From contig OZ176051.1 in NCBI GenBank assembly GCA_964247055.1, positions 11,842,001 to 11,906,000 of the forward strand: a stretch of 64,000 nt of DNA, written 5' to 3'. This document shows, in pieces, positions 27,097-39,286 of the stretch. The notes under the pieces are model-generated. The model did no database searches and had not been told where the DNA came from. It saw nothing but the letters and a program-made list of their open reading frames with translations. The stretch is from Paragordius varius (Eukaryota > Animalia > Nematomorpha). Each line of letters starts with the position of its first letter. The stretch's first letter is position 1. The translations under genes and the position numbers were made by a program.

Positions 27097-28977
27097 GCTC
27101 ATTTTATACTGAGTTTTTTTGGAATATAAGCTTTTATCTTCATTAGCGTTAACTTCTGTATTTCAAATAAAGATCGTTTTAAAAGATTCTACCGTTAAAG
27201 TATACATGTTGTTTTCCTTCAAAAACTAACTAATTTTTTGGATAAAAATTATTCTTTTTGACCATATTTTGTGTTAGAATTTTGGACAAAACATAGTTAA
27301 CTTTAAAAAATTCTTACCCCCCCCCCCCCAAATTTGCGTGCGCTATTAGCTCATCTAATTTGTTATCATAGTTTTCTCGAAACCATGGGATATCCCAGAA
27401 TTTGCCATACAAAAGGCTACGAAAATTACATATCCTTCACCACGTTTGAATTGGCATGCCTTAATGATTTCCCCTCTATTTGTCAACGCATATCTTGGAA
27501 TCTAACTGGTACTATGTTGGCCAGTTCACATCAGGACGGGGATGTTAGACTTTGGAAAGGTTGTTTTATGATATTTTCTTTCATATGATTTTGAAACATA
27601 AATAATGACTTGGCCTTTTGCGAAAAAATAGATGGCTATCAACATTTGCATCTTGATGACCCTTTTTTGAGAAAATTTTTATTATTCAAAATCCAGATTT
27701 AATGTTTAGTTTTTTGCCAATTAAATATGCAATTAATTGTAAAGGTTTTTTCTTTCTCCTATTAACTATAAAGTTGGCCTCTAACTCTGACCCCAAATGT
27801 AACAAAATTCATGACCATTTTTTGTAACATATTTAATTATTGTTCAAATAATATTCAGTTAAAATATTTTCCAAACGGTAGTTTCAGACGTTGTAAACAT
27901 ATTTTTTTTCAATTTTGTAAACTAAACAGTCTACATCCTTAATAATCACCCCGATTTGGGGAAAAAACGATCAAAAATTAAATATTAACAAAATTAGTTT
28001 TTAAATAATATTCAGTTTTCTTATTGTTTTATCCTAATAAGGGCCTAAAAAACCACAAATTTTGTGAGAGGGTTTGCTCATTTATAAACGATTACAACCA
28101 AAACGCAGTGTTATTTAATCATAAAAGTATGATGAACATGCGATTAGTATAAACCAATTATATTAAGATTCGTTAGTTCGAGTTTACGCTACTGTAAACA
28201 TTTTAATAAGGATTTTTGGCGGTAATTCCTATTTTATAGCAACAAATTTATTGTAGTGATGAGTTTTAAGTTTTGCCGGAATTTACATAATTAAAAAATC
28301 CTTAGACGAAATTTATGTTATATCGTATGATCCCAAAAACAGTTTTGATCATTTTTGTCAAATTTAAAACCTATTATGTATACTTCAAAACATTTTTATT
28401 AAACATAAACATTGAACACTAAAATAAATCGAGCTGATACCAATATTTGGATTTAATAATTAAATAATTTATATGATAACCTTACAATGGCCTTCTGTTC
28501 AGTCATTTAGCCAAGTTTCCATATATCTTTATACAAGAGTATAATTTATAACAAATTTGATGTTTAAATAATCAAATTAAATTTAAATAAAATATAAAAA
28601 TTCTCCGTTTTTTAGCCGATTTTTTGAGTGGAAAATGGTTGTTAGCTGGTATCGTGCGCGATGATAACTTACTGATTTCAACACCGCCTACGTTAGAAAC
28701 AAAAGTATAACTTTTATTTTTCTAAGTTTATCGTTTTACCAATTGTTTATTTTTTAATTTAATATCTAACATTATATGTTTTTATACTAATTTTTAGGAG
28801 TTGTCTCTAATGAATACCTCAATTAAATTGGAAAATCTGATAAATAGTCATAATACTAATAGGAAGAATATAAACTCGTCTTCAGAATTATCCAACGGCA
28901 ATGCAAATAACGCTAAAAACAATTTATCTAACACAAAACCTGTTACAGATTTACCTTCCAATGTTGTTTGGCATTAA
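19421..28977 (+). CDS. SEH1L: Nucleoporin SEH1 (WD40; Nup107-160 complex and GATOR2); 10 exons
   Basis: [151 protein letters not shown]; ends VVWH*. Exons: 19421-19534, 19559-19718, 21998-~22205, ~23364-23606, 24597-24704, 26014-26247, 26784-27062, 27372-27559, 28616-28704, 28798-28977. Confidence 0.93.
20225..20421. mobile_element. hAT-type MITE (197 bp)
   Basis: CAGTG...CACTG termini; 8-bp TSD ATCTAGAT/ATTTAGAT. Confidence 0.65.
20430..21190 (-). mobile_element. Possible heavily decayed IS630-Tc1-mariner-like transposase remnant
   Basis: Coding-like, GC-elevated block inside SEH1 intron 2 with fragmentary motifs only. Confidence 0.3.
22147..23403. mobile_element. TE-like insertion splitting a SEH1 coding exon
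   Basis: Flanked by the direct repeat TA(C/T)GATTTT; short inverted termini CATATTTATT / AATGAATATG. Precise removal restores FAPHYDFGLCL. Confidence 0.55.
23661..24227. mobile_element. piggyBac-type MITE (TTAA TSD, CACTT termini)
   Basis: TTAA-CACTTCGATT...ATCCAAGTG-TTAA; a second copy lies in opposite orientation at 41289-41845. Confidence 0.8.
25000..25566. mobile_element. 21-bp-array foldback-like MITE family A
   Basis: TATA-CCATTTGCACTTCA...TGAAGTGCAAATGG-TATA with TTCAAGTTGGTCCTTGAACAC units. Confidence 0.85.
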
Positions 28978-29793
28978 GACTAATTCCACTAAAATATATA
29001 ATCACGAAAAATTAATATTTATAATTTTTTTGTTTTCGATTAAATGAATGATGTATTTAAAACTCACCTATAAATTTTACAAGATATAATATTGATTGAT
29101 TTTATACTTATTGTAATATCTATGCGCTTATATTAAGCTTCCCAAAATTAATATGGCCATTGTTAATTGTCCTTAATTCGATCCATTCGTTTCAATTAAA
29201 AAATACATATAAAACAGTCGATAGTGTTTAACCGTTTTTTTCTGAAATATAATGGCTACCGATGCATCGTAGGGATAAAATATAACATATTTTTGGTAAG
29301 GCGCAATTTACCTCTCTCCTAAGCCTATCAACGATACCTATATATGTAGAAACAAGCCGTGGCATATTATGTGTCGCTGCTTAGACGAAACAACATCCGA
29401 TGTTTCTCATGAAAATGATTTGAAATTTATGGAATTTACATAAAATTTTACGTTATTTTTAAATGGTGGTATACCTTTGCGAAAGAATTCTATACAGAGG
29501 TTTTGAATAATAAAGCTACTTTTTTGAAGTGTCTATAATCCCTAATTTGACACGTGTTTGGGCTAAAATTAGGACCTTATTTCAAAAATTATGTCATCTT
29601 AGCGCATTAAAAATATCTTAAGAGATTAGTAGACTAAATAAAAATGTGACTTAGTAACCCTCGGCTCATTTATAAACGGATAAAATTTTTCACTTGCAGA
29701 AAATTTCTGGAAACTCATTATTATAATCTCCATTAAAAAACCGAGATCATGGTGCTTAATTATGACAATATTTAGAAAGGGACTTAATTACAC

Positions 29794-30181
29794 CAGTGGC
29801 GTACCGAGCATTTGCGGCGCCCGGGGCATAAAACTTTTATGGCGCCCCTCCCCCCTTTTTTAAAAAGCCAATAAAACAATTTAGTAAAAAAAATAGTTGT
29901 AATCTAAACACCATAGATAAGACAGCACAGTCATAAAAATTTTAAATCTATTAAATATATATTTTTATATGATACTAAATTTATTCAATGGTACTAATTA
30001 GGTGAATAATAGAGTATATATTATAGGGATTATTACCTAAATTGCTGAAAAATCTCAATTGAAAGTTCTTATTATTTTTGCATAATTAAAATTTAATTTT
30101 AAAAAATCATTTAGGCGCCCCTAAATAACGGCGCCCGGGGCATGATGCACCACCTTGCCCCCGCCCCTCGGTACGCCCCTG
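29794..30181. mobile_element. hAT-type MITE (388 bp), probably young
   Basis: TIR CAGTGGCGTACCGAG / CTCGGTACGCCCCTG; perfect 8-bp TSD AATTACAC; GGCGCCCGGGGCAT subterminal motifs. Confidence 0.88.
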
Positions 30182-31431
30182 AATTACACTCGGCGCATTT
30201 ATAATAAAAAAATTACTTTAAATGGGTTTATTAGTTTCCTATTACAACCAATATTTTTTCAATTTAACGGCGGAGTTAAACTAAAGGAATTCAAAATAAA
30301 AGTAATCGGATTAATATTTATAAAATTTAATTCTGAAAATTTAAACGCAAAAGTTTTCGAGTAAATTCCTGAAAAGTCAATAATCTCCATATTACCTATT
30401 AAAAAAAAACTCTCTTCACACAGACGATTAAAGGGTAAATTGTAAAAATATGACCTAATCATCTTCGGCGCATTTATAAATATTATTCAAAGAATGAATC
30501 AGTTATCCTTGACACATTCAATGACTAAAAATTTCACTTGAATTCTAAGCCTTTAATAATATCTTTAAAGCAAATATTTTTTAATAAATCCCATTTTTGT
30601 GTGAAGTGCAGGGGGCTATTTAAAAAAATTGATCTGTTGCCCTTTGCATTATTAAAAAATCCGTTAATAAATTCCGATAACGATTTCAGAAAAACTGTTT
30701 AAAAGCAATTAATAACCAACCCATTGATCGGGGATGGTCTGAACTAATTTAATATAAGGGCTCAGCGATTCTCAGCCAAAAATAAATTTGAGCTTAAAAA
30801 TTTGAAATCAAAAACTCCTATTTTGTTAAGGGGTATGGCAAAACCTTGGTGCTAAATACGGATCAATTACCCTAGGCGCATCAAATATTCAATATATATA
30901 TATATACTTTGGAATTTAACTGAATCACAAATTTGAATTGCGATATTAGCGCACATTATGCTTAAAAAATTTTTAAGATAAATTAATTCCAGAAATTATC
31001 AAAAATGTAGCATAGAGCCTATTTAAAAAATATGAAAATGTCCATTTTTAAAAATCTCGACATTAGTTAGTTTTCTTAAAAGGGAAAAATGTCGAGATTG
31101 CGCGATATGTAATCACTAATACTTCATTACATTTTCCTTTTTTATCCTAGTTTACCTTATTGGATATTTTTATATCCCAGAGTTAAATTTTGCAAATAAA
31201 CTAGCTGTGAAATATTTTATTTAACAAACATTGTTGTCAATTATATAAAAAACTTATATTACAGTTTTGTGATTTCTAGAGTCTAAAATTGGGACCGCTC
31301 CAAGCGATCGAAACAAACAGCTTATATTAAAATCGATTTATAAATATCAAGTTTTTGCTGGTAAAATGCAGCCTAAAAGCTTTTTAAACTTAATTTTTTA
31401 CATTTTTTAACCATAATATACATTAATTTGC

Positions 31432-31918
31432 TTGTTACACAAGCGATTTAAAGAATATAGAAAAAGGCTGCAAAAAGTTTTAGACAATTTTACATTTTTA
31501 AAAAAAAGATTAAAGAAAGCATATTTTCAAATTTGGCTCAATACTCTAGATACTTATAAGATGTTGCAATTTCAAATCGTAGGATATAACCCCAAAATAT
31601 GGAATGAGAAGGATAGACATGGCATCCAAAATTGAAAATATTCATAGAGCGTATAGAAGCATGGTCGAAACGGTAAATAATATGCATTTTCAAATTCATA
31701 TAACAAATTATATATATATCGACAATTTTAGGTTTTTAGGAAAACTAGTTCATTTTATCGAGGCAAGAATTGAGACCTTGGAAGCCCACATATATATAGA
31801 ACATTGTTTCGCTTTTAAAGGGCTGCAAAAAATATTGTCTTTCAAGGACTGTGCACCTTATCTTACCGATAAAATTTTACAGCTGACCAAAAGATTAAAA
31901 AATAATTTAGAGGCATAA
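31432..31918 (+). mobile_element. Probable decayed CR1/L2-like LINE RT C-terminal fragment
   Basis: Two overlapping frames with ..KIW..IDMASKIENIHRAYR.., resembling the VW.P..DI.KIE.IQRR motif; weak match. Confidence 0.35.
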
Positions 31919-32252
31919 AAAAGCAATATAGTGGGCCGCGGTTTGAGAACAACTTGTTAAATAAATAAATGAGCGAAGCAGTTAGCTTTCCCCATTACAA
32001 AATTGAAAATAATTTTCTTACATCGCTCATAAGCCCCAAAACCACCTTGAAAATTCTGATAGTATCTAAATGATAATTCCTTGTATTAAAACCAACTGCA
32101 ATAGGTAAAAAATAAAAAAAGTAAATATACACCGATATGGTACCCGTTAAATTAAATATAATTAAAATGCATAATAAATTTAAAAAAATGCCTCAACATT
32201 TATTAATATAATGAAACAGATGCATATGAAAACACAAGTAAAGATATTACAT

Positions 32253-32801
32253 TCAAATATAATTTAACCGATACATTATGTATAATTCAGTGAAGGCTAT
32301 TACCAAAGCACTTATCAATCCGGATAATAATTGACAAACTAAACATTTTCCATTTGAAAGATATTTATAGGCAAAAAATGCAAAAACAAATGTACCGACC
32401 ACGGAAAATATATAGTTGAAAACTAAATAAATATCGTTTGCAATGAATTTAGGATTTATATCCCGATAAATTCTAGGGTGTTCAATGTTTGCTACCATTT
32501 TCTTATACTCCATATTTTCCATTTTAGTTTTAATAGTTTGAAGATTTTCTTGATATTGCGGATCGATTAATTTATTTTGTTTCGATATGAATTGCATATC
32601 ACAAATTTTAATAAAATCTGTTAAATTAACGGTGTTGCACAAATGGCAAATGTTGTGATTGTACATTTTAACAAAATCCTTATAATAGATCCAATCATTT
32701 GCAGTGATGTTTTCGGTTTTTGAAATATGAGAGCACTTGACTAAATTAGCGAAAAATTTATTAAGTTTGGCTGGTGAAGCAGAAATATATAAGCCATCCA
32801 T
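32253..32801 (-). CDS. TMEM199: V-ATPase assembly factor TMEM199/Vma12 (intronless, 182 aa)
   Basis: DPQYQENLQTIKTKMENMEYKKMVANI matches the Vma12 core. It is followed by two hydrophobic segments (VFNYIFSVVGTFVFAF; LSGLISALVIAFTELYIMYR) with the conserved AELY-like motif. Confidence 0.85.
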   Translation of the reverse strand: MDGLYISASPAKLNKFFANLVKCSHISKTENITANDWIYYKDFVKMYNHNICHLCNTVNLTDFIKICDMQFISKQNKLIDPQYQENLQTIKTKMENMEYKKMVANIEHPRIYRDINPKFIANDIYLVFNYIFSVVGTFVFAFFAYKYLSNGKCLVCQLLSGLISALVIAFTELYIMYRLNYI

Positions 32802-33106
32802 TATACTTTCATTAATTTATCCAATAATCTCTCGACAGAATCTTTATCCTTTTCCAAACTGCTCAAAAGGGATTTAGATTTATATATTCTTGTTTCCAAT
32901 TCAGATTTTAAATCCTTTTTAGGAGTTAATAGAAAAAACTTACCCAGAGATAAATAGAGGTTAATATTACTAGTAAGAGGGGATATCTCTTGAAGTGTCA
33001 ATTCTTCTGATTGAATATTATATTTTGCAACTTCTATCGCATTCAAAATATCTTGCAATTTTTGTTGAAGGTTAAGTTTTCGTTCATAATCCTTAAAATC
33101 AGTCAT
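32801..33106 (-). CDS. PFDN1: Prefoldin beta-type subunit, PFDN1-like (intronless, 101 aa)
   Basis: Coiled coil - LTLQEISPLTSNINLYLSLGKFFLLTPK - coiled coil, aligning to the PFDN1 hairpin LTDTEIMTL..NMYEGVGRMFIL. Confidence 0.75.
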   Translation of the reverse strand: MTDFKDYERKLNLQQKLQDILNAIEVAKYNIQSEELTLQEISPLTSNINLYLSLGKFFLLTPKKDLKSELETRIYKSKSLLSSLEKDKDSVERLLDKLMKV

Positions 33107-33184
33107 TAGCTAAATATCAATTGACGCATTCATTCACTCACATTTACCGGAAAACTTTCTAAAAATACAACCTATATGAAAGAT
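33107..33184. promoter_or_regulatory. 78-bp spacer between divergent start codons (putative bidirectional promoter)
   Basis: PFDN1 ATG at 33106 (-) and eIF4A ATG at 33185 (+); contains a CCGGAA(A) ETS-like motif. Confidence 0.55.
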
Positions 33185-36100
33185 ATGTCCAAGTAATGTG
33201 TTTATCAAATATATTTTAGTAATGATGTAAACAATGTAGAAAATAATAACATTGTCCATCTAAATGATGGAACTCTAGAGGTACAATAATTTTGTTTTAA
33301 TAATTTAGACAAATTGGAAAGAAGTTATTGATTCATTTGATGATATGAATCTGAAAGATAATCTTTTGCACGGAATATACAATTATGGTTTTGAAAAACC
33401 TTCAGCTATCCAGCAAAGAGGTATTAAGCCCATAATTGAGGGTCATGATGTTATTGCTCAAGCCCATTCCGGAACCGGAAAAACGGCAACTTTTGCCATA
33501 GCGATTCTCCAAAAAATTGACATTAATTTAAGGCAATGTCAAGCCTTAATTCTTGTTCCAACTCGGGAACTTGCTTTACAAGTAATTTTTATAATCGTTT
33601 ATTAAATAAAAGCTGCTTGTGTTCCGAACGGTAATGTTACATTTTTAAAAGGGTTTTTTTTATAAAAAGTAAATTGGTTTATGAAAAAAATTTATGGCAA
33701 ATTAGTTTTGAATTGTTTTTTTTGGTCATATTGTTTTAATTGTTCTATTTAATTTATAATATGTTTGCAATTTTCTAAAAAATATATTTGACATAAAAAA
33801 CTTAAATAAAATGGAAACTATTTCGTGTTCTCCTTTTTTTTTGTAAAAAAAGACTCTAAGCAACGATTGTAATTAATTTTATAAACTTTTTCTAAGACTG
33901 CAAATAAAAATTCTGTGTTACAGATTCAAAAAGTAGTTTTGGCCATTGGTGATTACATGGGTATTGCTTGTCATGCCTGTATCGGGGGAACCAATGTTTC
34001 CGCTGATATAGCACGTTTGGAAGAAACTCAAATTGTGGTTGGAACGCCAGGCCGCGTTCATGATATGATACAAAGAAATGCGCTAAGTAAGGCATTTTTA
34101 TGATTGTAATGGTACATGACGGATTGATTATGTTTTGTAATAACTTGTTAAATCCATTAAATAATTATAAACGAAAATTAAATAGAAAATTAATTGACAG
34201 ATATTTATTAATATAATTAAATGAAAGGGTTTTACATATCGTTTATAATTTCTATTATTAAACATCTCCCAAATAATTTTCGTTTATCATTAATTAACGG
34301 ATTTTACAAGTTATTATTTTATATGACTATTTTTTCTATGTTTTCTAATGTAATTAATACTATAAAGTTTTGATCTATGCTTAAATTTACATATCTTTCT
34401 GTCATTATCCGTATATTAGGATTAGATAATATCCAAATGTTTGTGTTGGACGAATCGGATGAAATGTTATCCCGTGGCTTTTTGGATAACATTCAAAATA
34501 TATTTCGATGTCTGAAACATCCTACCCAAGTATATCTATACATTGTTGTATAATATTTACACTTCAAATTCACCCTCAAAACTATTTAATTACCTATAGA
34601 ACCTAATTTTCGTTTTTTATTAATATAATACTGAAAGAAGAATGAATTATGCCACAAAGAAATAATTATTATCAATGATAAGTTTAATTAGCACCAAAAA
34701 GATTATTTATTGTTAGGGTGAATTCGAATTGTTCAAGGGTGAATTTGAGTGTTTATATATCACACATTTATTTTTAATATATGTATATTATAGACTGTTT
34801 TACTTTCTGCCACGATGCCGGCCGAAATTTTGCAAATCACTCAAGAGTTTATGCGAAACCCGATTAAAATTTTGTTGAAGAAAGAAGAACTTACCCTCGA
34901 GGGTATCAAACAATTTTTCGTGATGCTCGAAATGGAGGTATTTTATATTATGTATATGATATAAAAAAACATATTTAGCGTTAATTTATAAAACTTTATG
35001 AATAAAGGAAAAATTAACAGTTTTTAATCTTCTAAATCATTGTTGTGAAAAATACAATTGTAGTATCAAATAATGATTAAATTACGGTTTTAAATAATAA
35101 TTATTAATTACTTTTTAATATTTTTTGATTAAGTTAGGTCATCTATTCCTTTTTTATAAATATGTTAAACCGTGTTGTAAATAATCCGATTTTCAACTTA
35201 ATTTTTGAATTAAGAAGAACAATAGTGTTTTGAAAATAAATTTCTGCTATATTTGTAGTAATCACAATTTTTCCTCGGTATTTTGAGGTGTCCACCCGAA
35301 TACTTTTGCTGGCGGCATTTTTCGCTCCAAAATTCAGGCGGGCCGCATTTAAAAAACATATTTTATTAGATTTTAAAAATAAAACTGTAAAAAAATTGCA
35401 GTAAAACTACAATTTATATTAACAATTTTTGCTACTTTATTGCCAAAATATGCAAAAAAGTACTCAGAGAATCTGTTTGAGAAATATCAATTTTACATTG
35501 ATTTTACAAAATGTTTTTTTTTGATTATAAAATTCTTTTGGTATTTTACGAGTAACATGTTGGACCCGAATATAACTACTTGTATAGTTAACAAATAAAT
35601 TGAATTTTATATACAAACTCTGTTTTTATTAAATTTCAGAGGTGGAAATTCGAAACTTTGTTGGATTTGTACGAAACCATTGCCATTGCAAAAGTTGTAA
35701 TATTTTGCAACACTAAACGCAAAGTTGAATGGCTTACTGCAAGTCTGATTGAAAAATCATTTTCCGTATCTGCAATGGTATTATTTTAATTATTTCCCCA
35801 GATAATATTATTTAAATTTTACAAAACATTGAGAATTACTTTCAAATATAAGGTAGTGAGAATATAGAATGTTATTATGTAAAATTCAATATTTGTTTAG
35901 TTCATCATTTTGGATGACTTAGTAAAAATTGAATTTATAAAGACGAAACTTAAAAACTAAAACATAAATTCAAAAAGTATCCTTTATTAGACCTAGATTT
36001 GTCAAAAAAAAATTTGTGTTAAATGGGTATAAATATTTGGTAAAGAATTGAAAATACAAGAGTTCTTTGGTAATTCTTATACCTTTTTGATGAATTACAC

Positions 36101-38038
36101 TAGACAACAAATTTTAACTTTTTTAAACTGCCATTCTTGTAAATTTAAAATTTATTTCATTAAAGTACATAATTAGTATATCTGAAAAGAAAATTGGTCT
36201 AGCATGGAAGAATTTTTTTATATTAGAGTTTATCGATAATTTTTGGCCCCGATTAAACATTAAACTCGAAATTTCGAAAATTAAAAGTTTTAGATATGAA
36301 GCCATGTATTTTATATCATTCGAAAGAGCGCAAAAAACTGCATCTTTTAAATGGTAGTAAGTCATTTAAATCAATCGGATGTAAAATTTATTTGGATTTA
36401 AATGGTCGAAATTTTCAATCCTTAAATAAGTCAGGAATTTTCACAGACAAACTAATTTGAAAATCATATAAATTATTTTAATATAATTATTAGGGTTATA
36501 TTAATATTTAATTTTAAAAAAATGTTTGAAAAAGCTTTTGGTTTGCTTTTTTAATAAAAATTATTATTATCATAAATATTTTACCTAGTGGATACTAAAA
36601 TGCATAGTTATAACTGTAAATTTATTACATAATGGCTCTAAAAGATCAAAAATACTCTAAACTTTGTTTTTATTTTTTAAAATTTTAAAATTATCAGCCT
36701 TATAAAGAAAATAAATTAATATTGATGAGATGGTAATTTTTAAAAAACAAAAAACTTAAAAATGGTTGTTTTGAGTGACATAAAAGTAATAAAAAAATGT
36801 TTTAATCAAAAAAACTTTCTTGTGTTATCTTTTTTGGACATTCATCACCATCTAAACAAAGTTTGAGCTATTTTCATCCATTAGTTTTAAAAATATAATA
36901 ATTAAAAAAATGCTCTCGCTTCGCGCGTTTGTCGCTCTTTGTGTCCAATATTAACTGTCGATGTAATACATATTAGTATGCATTTTATAGAGTTTTTATT
37001 ACTCTTTCGAATGATATATTACAAATGGGCATTATTTGTATATTTTTAAAAAAAAATATTTTTTAGTAAAATTTTGATAAAGAGGGCGCATAATCAAAAA
37101 AATCAAATTATATAAAATTCTTCCAACGAGTTATAATTTTTATTTCAGATTTACTGTTAAAATGATACTAAATATCAGAAAATTCAAAAAACTCGAGTGG
37201 CAGAAAAATTTGTTGTCCAGTGTTATTGTTAATACCCATAGAGCTCTTGTTTTTTCCATTCTTTACCAAATATTTATTTTTACCCATTTAACGAAAGAAA
37301 ATAAACTTTTGATAAAATAAAGGATAATGACTGTAATAACTCATTGTTTTCGGTTGCAAACGTAAAGAGTTAAGATGTTTTTACATTCAATTTTTTGCGT
37401 CTTGTATTTATAAATTCAATTTTTACTGTATATATATATATTTAGCACGGAGATTTGGATCAAAAAGGGCGAGATAAAATTATGCGAGAATTCCGAAGTG
37501 GATCTAGTCGGATACTTATCACTACGGATTTATTGGCGCGTGGGATAGATGTGCAGCAAGTCTCATTGGTTATCAACTATGATTTGCCTAAAAACAAAGA
37601 AGTTTACATTCACAGGTTACTTTTATAGTTTTATTTTGTTTGCCATGAAAATGTCATTTAAGGGGTTGGGATTTTAATTATCTATTAATATAAAATGACT
37701 TTTGTCTTTTATTTATGCAGTTTTCCTAATTGTACAAGTTAATTTATAATATTTTAACACTAAATAATATTTTATTTTCCAAAAATTTTATGTTATGTAA
37801 ATTTAGACACTGATAGGCCGTAACATTTACGGTCATAAATGAATTTGCATTCATTTAGATTCTATTTTCTAGTTTATATTAAACATTTTTTAGGATTGGT
37901 CGTAGTGGAAGGTTTGGGCGCAAAGGTGTCGCAATTAATTTTGTCATAAATGAAGAAATGCCTATTTTGCAAGAAATTCAAGAATATTACCATACCTCTA
38001 TCGTTGAAATGCCCAGCAACATTGCAAATTTAATCTAA
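33185..38038 (+). CDS. EIF4A: Translation initiation factor eIF4A (eIF4A1/2-type DEAD-box helicase, with a DESD motif)
   Basis: [20 protein letters not shown]; SGTGKT; PTRELA; GTPGRV; [12 protein letters not shown]; LLSATMP; [13 protein letters not shown]; IFCNTKRKV; HGDLDQ; [18 protein letters not shown]; HR|[11 protein letters not shown]; [10 protein letters not shown]. Nine exons, with 27- and 28-nt first introns. Confidence 0.96.
34555..34753. mobile_element. Short 21-bp-array MITE family B in an eIF4A intron
   Basis: TTCAAATTCACCC at the left; GGGTGAATTCGAATTGTTCAAGGGTGAATTTGA at the right. Confidence 0.65.
36023..37287. mobile_element. TTAA-flanked TIR element (ATGGGTA termini) in an eIF4A intron
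   Basis: TTAA at 36019-36022 and 37288-37291; about 50-bp TIR shared with 194-656; different interior. Confidence 0.75.
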
Positions 38039-39114
38039 ATCGAATAATATATTGATGATTGCATGTGTAAAAAAATTAAAATTGACAACCCCAAATACAC
38101 TGTTGTTTATATTTTTACATACACTCAATCCAATGATTCTACAAATTTTTCATTACCATAAAAACTAAATAATTTTGTTTGCTATGAAATTCCATATTAC
38201 ATACCCATAAAAATTTGTCAGAATATTTGACTTGCGAAATATTCCTTTAATAACCATTTATACATATGACTATCATATCCCACATAAACATATAATAATG
38301 ATTATGAGCTGCCGCCTCTATATATATTTTTTTATTATCACTTGCAACTTTGTAAAATATTCAGACATGTGTCCAATAATCTTTGTGCATAAAACATTTT
38401 TTTTCGGCATTCGGTGTGTTAATTTTCCCCCAAACTCCTCTATCCACCTACCATTAAACATATTCCCCCCAACATCTTCTATAATTATTCATTGTTAATT
38501 AAATCCTTTTTATATCCATCATTTGTGAAATGATCAAATTATATTATGCTCTTCACCATGTATTTAATTTTATAAATAAATATTTGCGAAATCATATAAT
38601 GGATAAGTTACAACTATGTGAAAGGCGAATCATTTGTGTTTATAATGTATTTTAATTGCGCTCTGCGTAATGTTGGCATGGTTTTATACAGTTTTTGTTT
38701 GCTAATTTTTTATGTATGTAAAGCGAAATGAGGATGATATTTAAAAAAAGTTATACATTACATTAATTTTTTGAAAAATTATCGGTGGAATAATTTAGGG
38801 TCTGTTTAATAAAAAAATTGCCATTAATTTTAATATTTAAGGGTGGTATTCTAGGTAGGGATACGCACTCTTTAACTGTCTGTGTAGTGTACCAAAGTTT
38901 GAGCCCCCAACAGTGCAATATTTCCATTATCACTGATAGCCTTGGCAGGGGAGTGTTAAAGCTATCAGGGGTCTTGGATAAAATAGTCCTTACCCTATTA
39001 AAAGGAAATAAAAGTGTCTAATCTAAACTGACAATTTTAAATTATCACTATGATTTAAATTAAGATATTCAAATATTTATAATGATAAAAAAAATATACA
39101 GTTTAGAGTCTCTT

Positions 39115-39286
39115 TTTTCCTTTTTTATTAAAGGGTAAGGACTTAAATTGTATCCGGACATGTGAAGGCTTTAACATTCGCCTCCCCAGAGCTAACAGTG
39201 ATGATGGAAAAATTGCGTAGTTTCGGGGTTTGAACTCTGGCACGCAGTGTAAGAGTCCGGCGCCCTACCTACTATACCATCACGCC
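39115..39286 (-). mobile_element. tRNA-derived SINE
   Basis: The minus strand begins GGCGTGATGGTATAGTAGGTAG (A box) ... GAGTTCAAACCCCG (B box), followed by a unique body and an A-rich tail. Confidence 0.65.

Noticed and set aside
29250-29450. Exon-like GC-elevated segment with a possible 28-nt intron
   Set aside because: No recognisable protein, start codon or partner exons.
31990-32100. Exon-like segment downstream of TMEM199 (acceptor TTGCAG, donor GTAAG on the minus strand)
   Set aside because: No convincing homology or upstream partner; kept only as an alternative for the PFDN1 3' end.
38330-38700. Short open frames on the minus strand downstream of eIF4A
   Set aside because: I could not assemble them into a spliced gene or recognise a motif.
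39215-39286. Functional tRNA gene
   Set aside because: The acceptor and anticodon stems do not pair; it is better explained as a SINE head.
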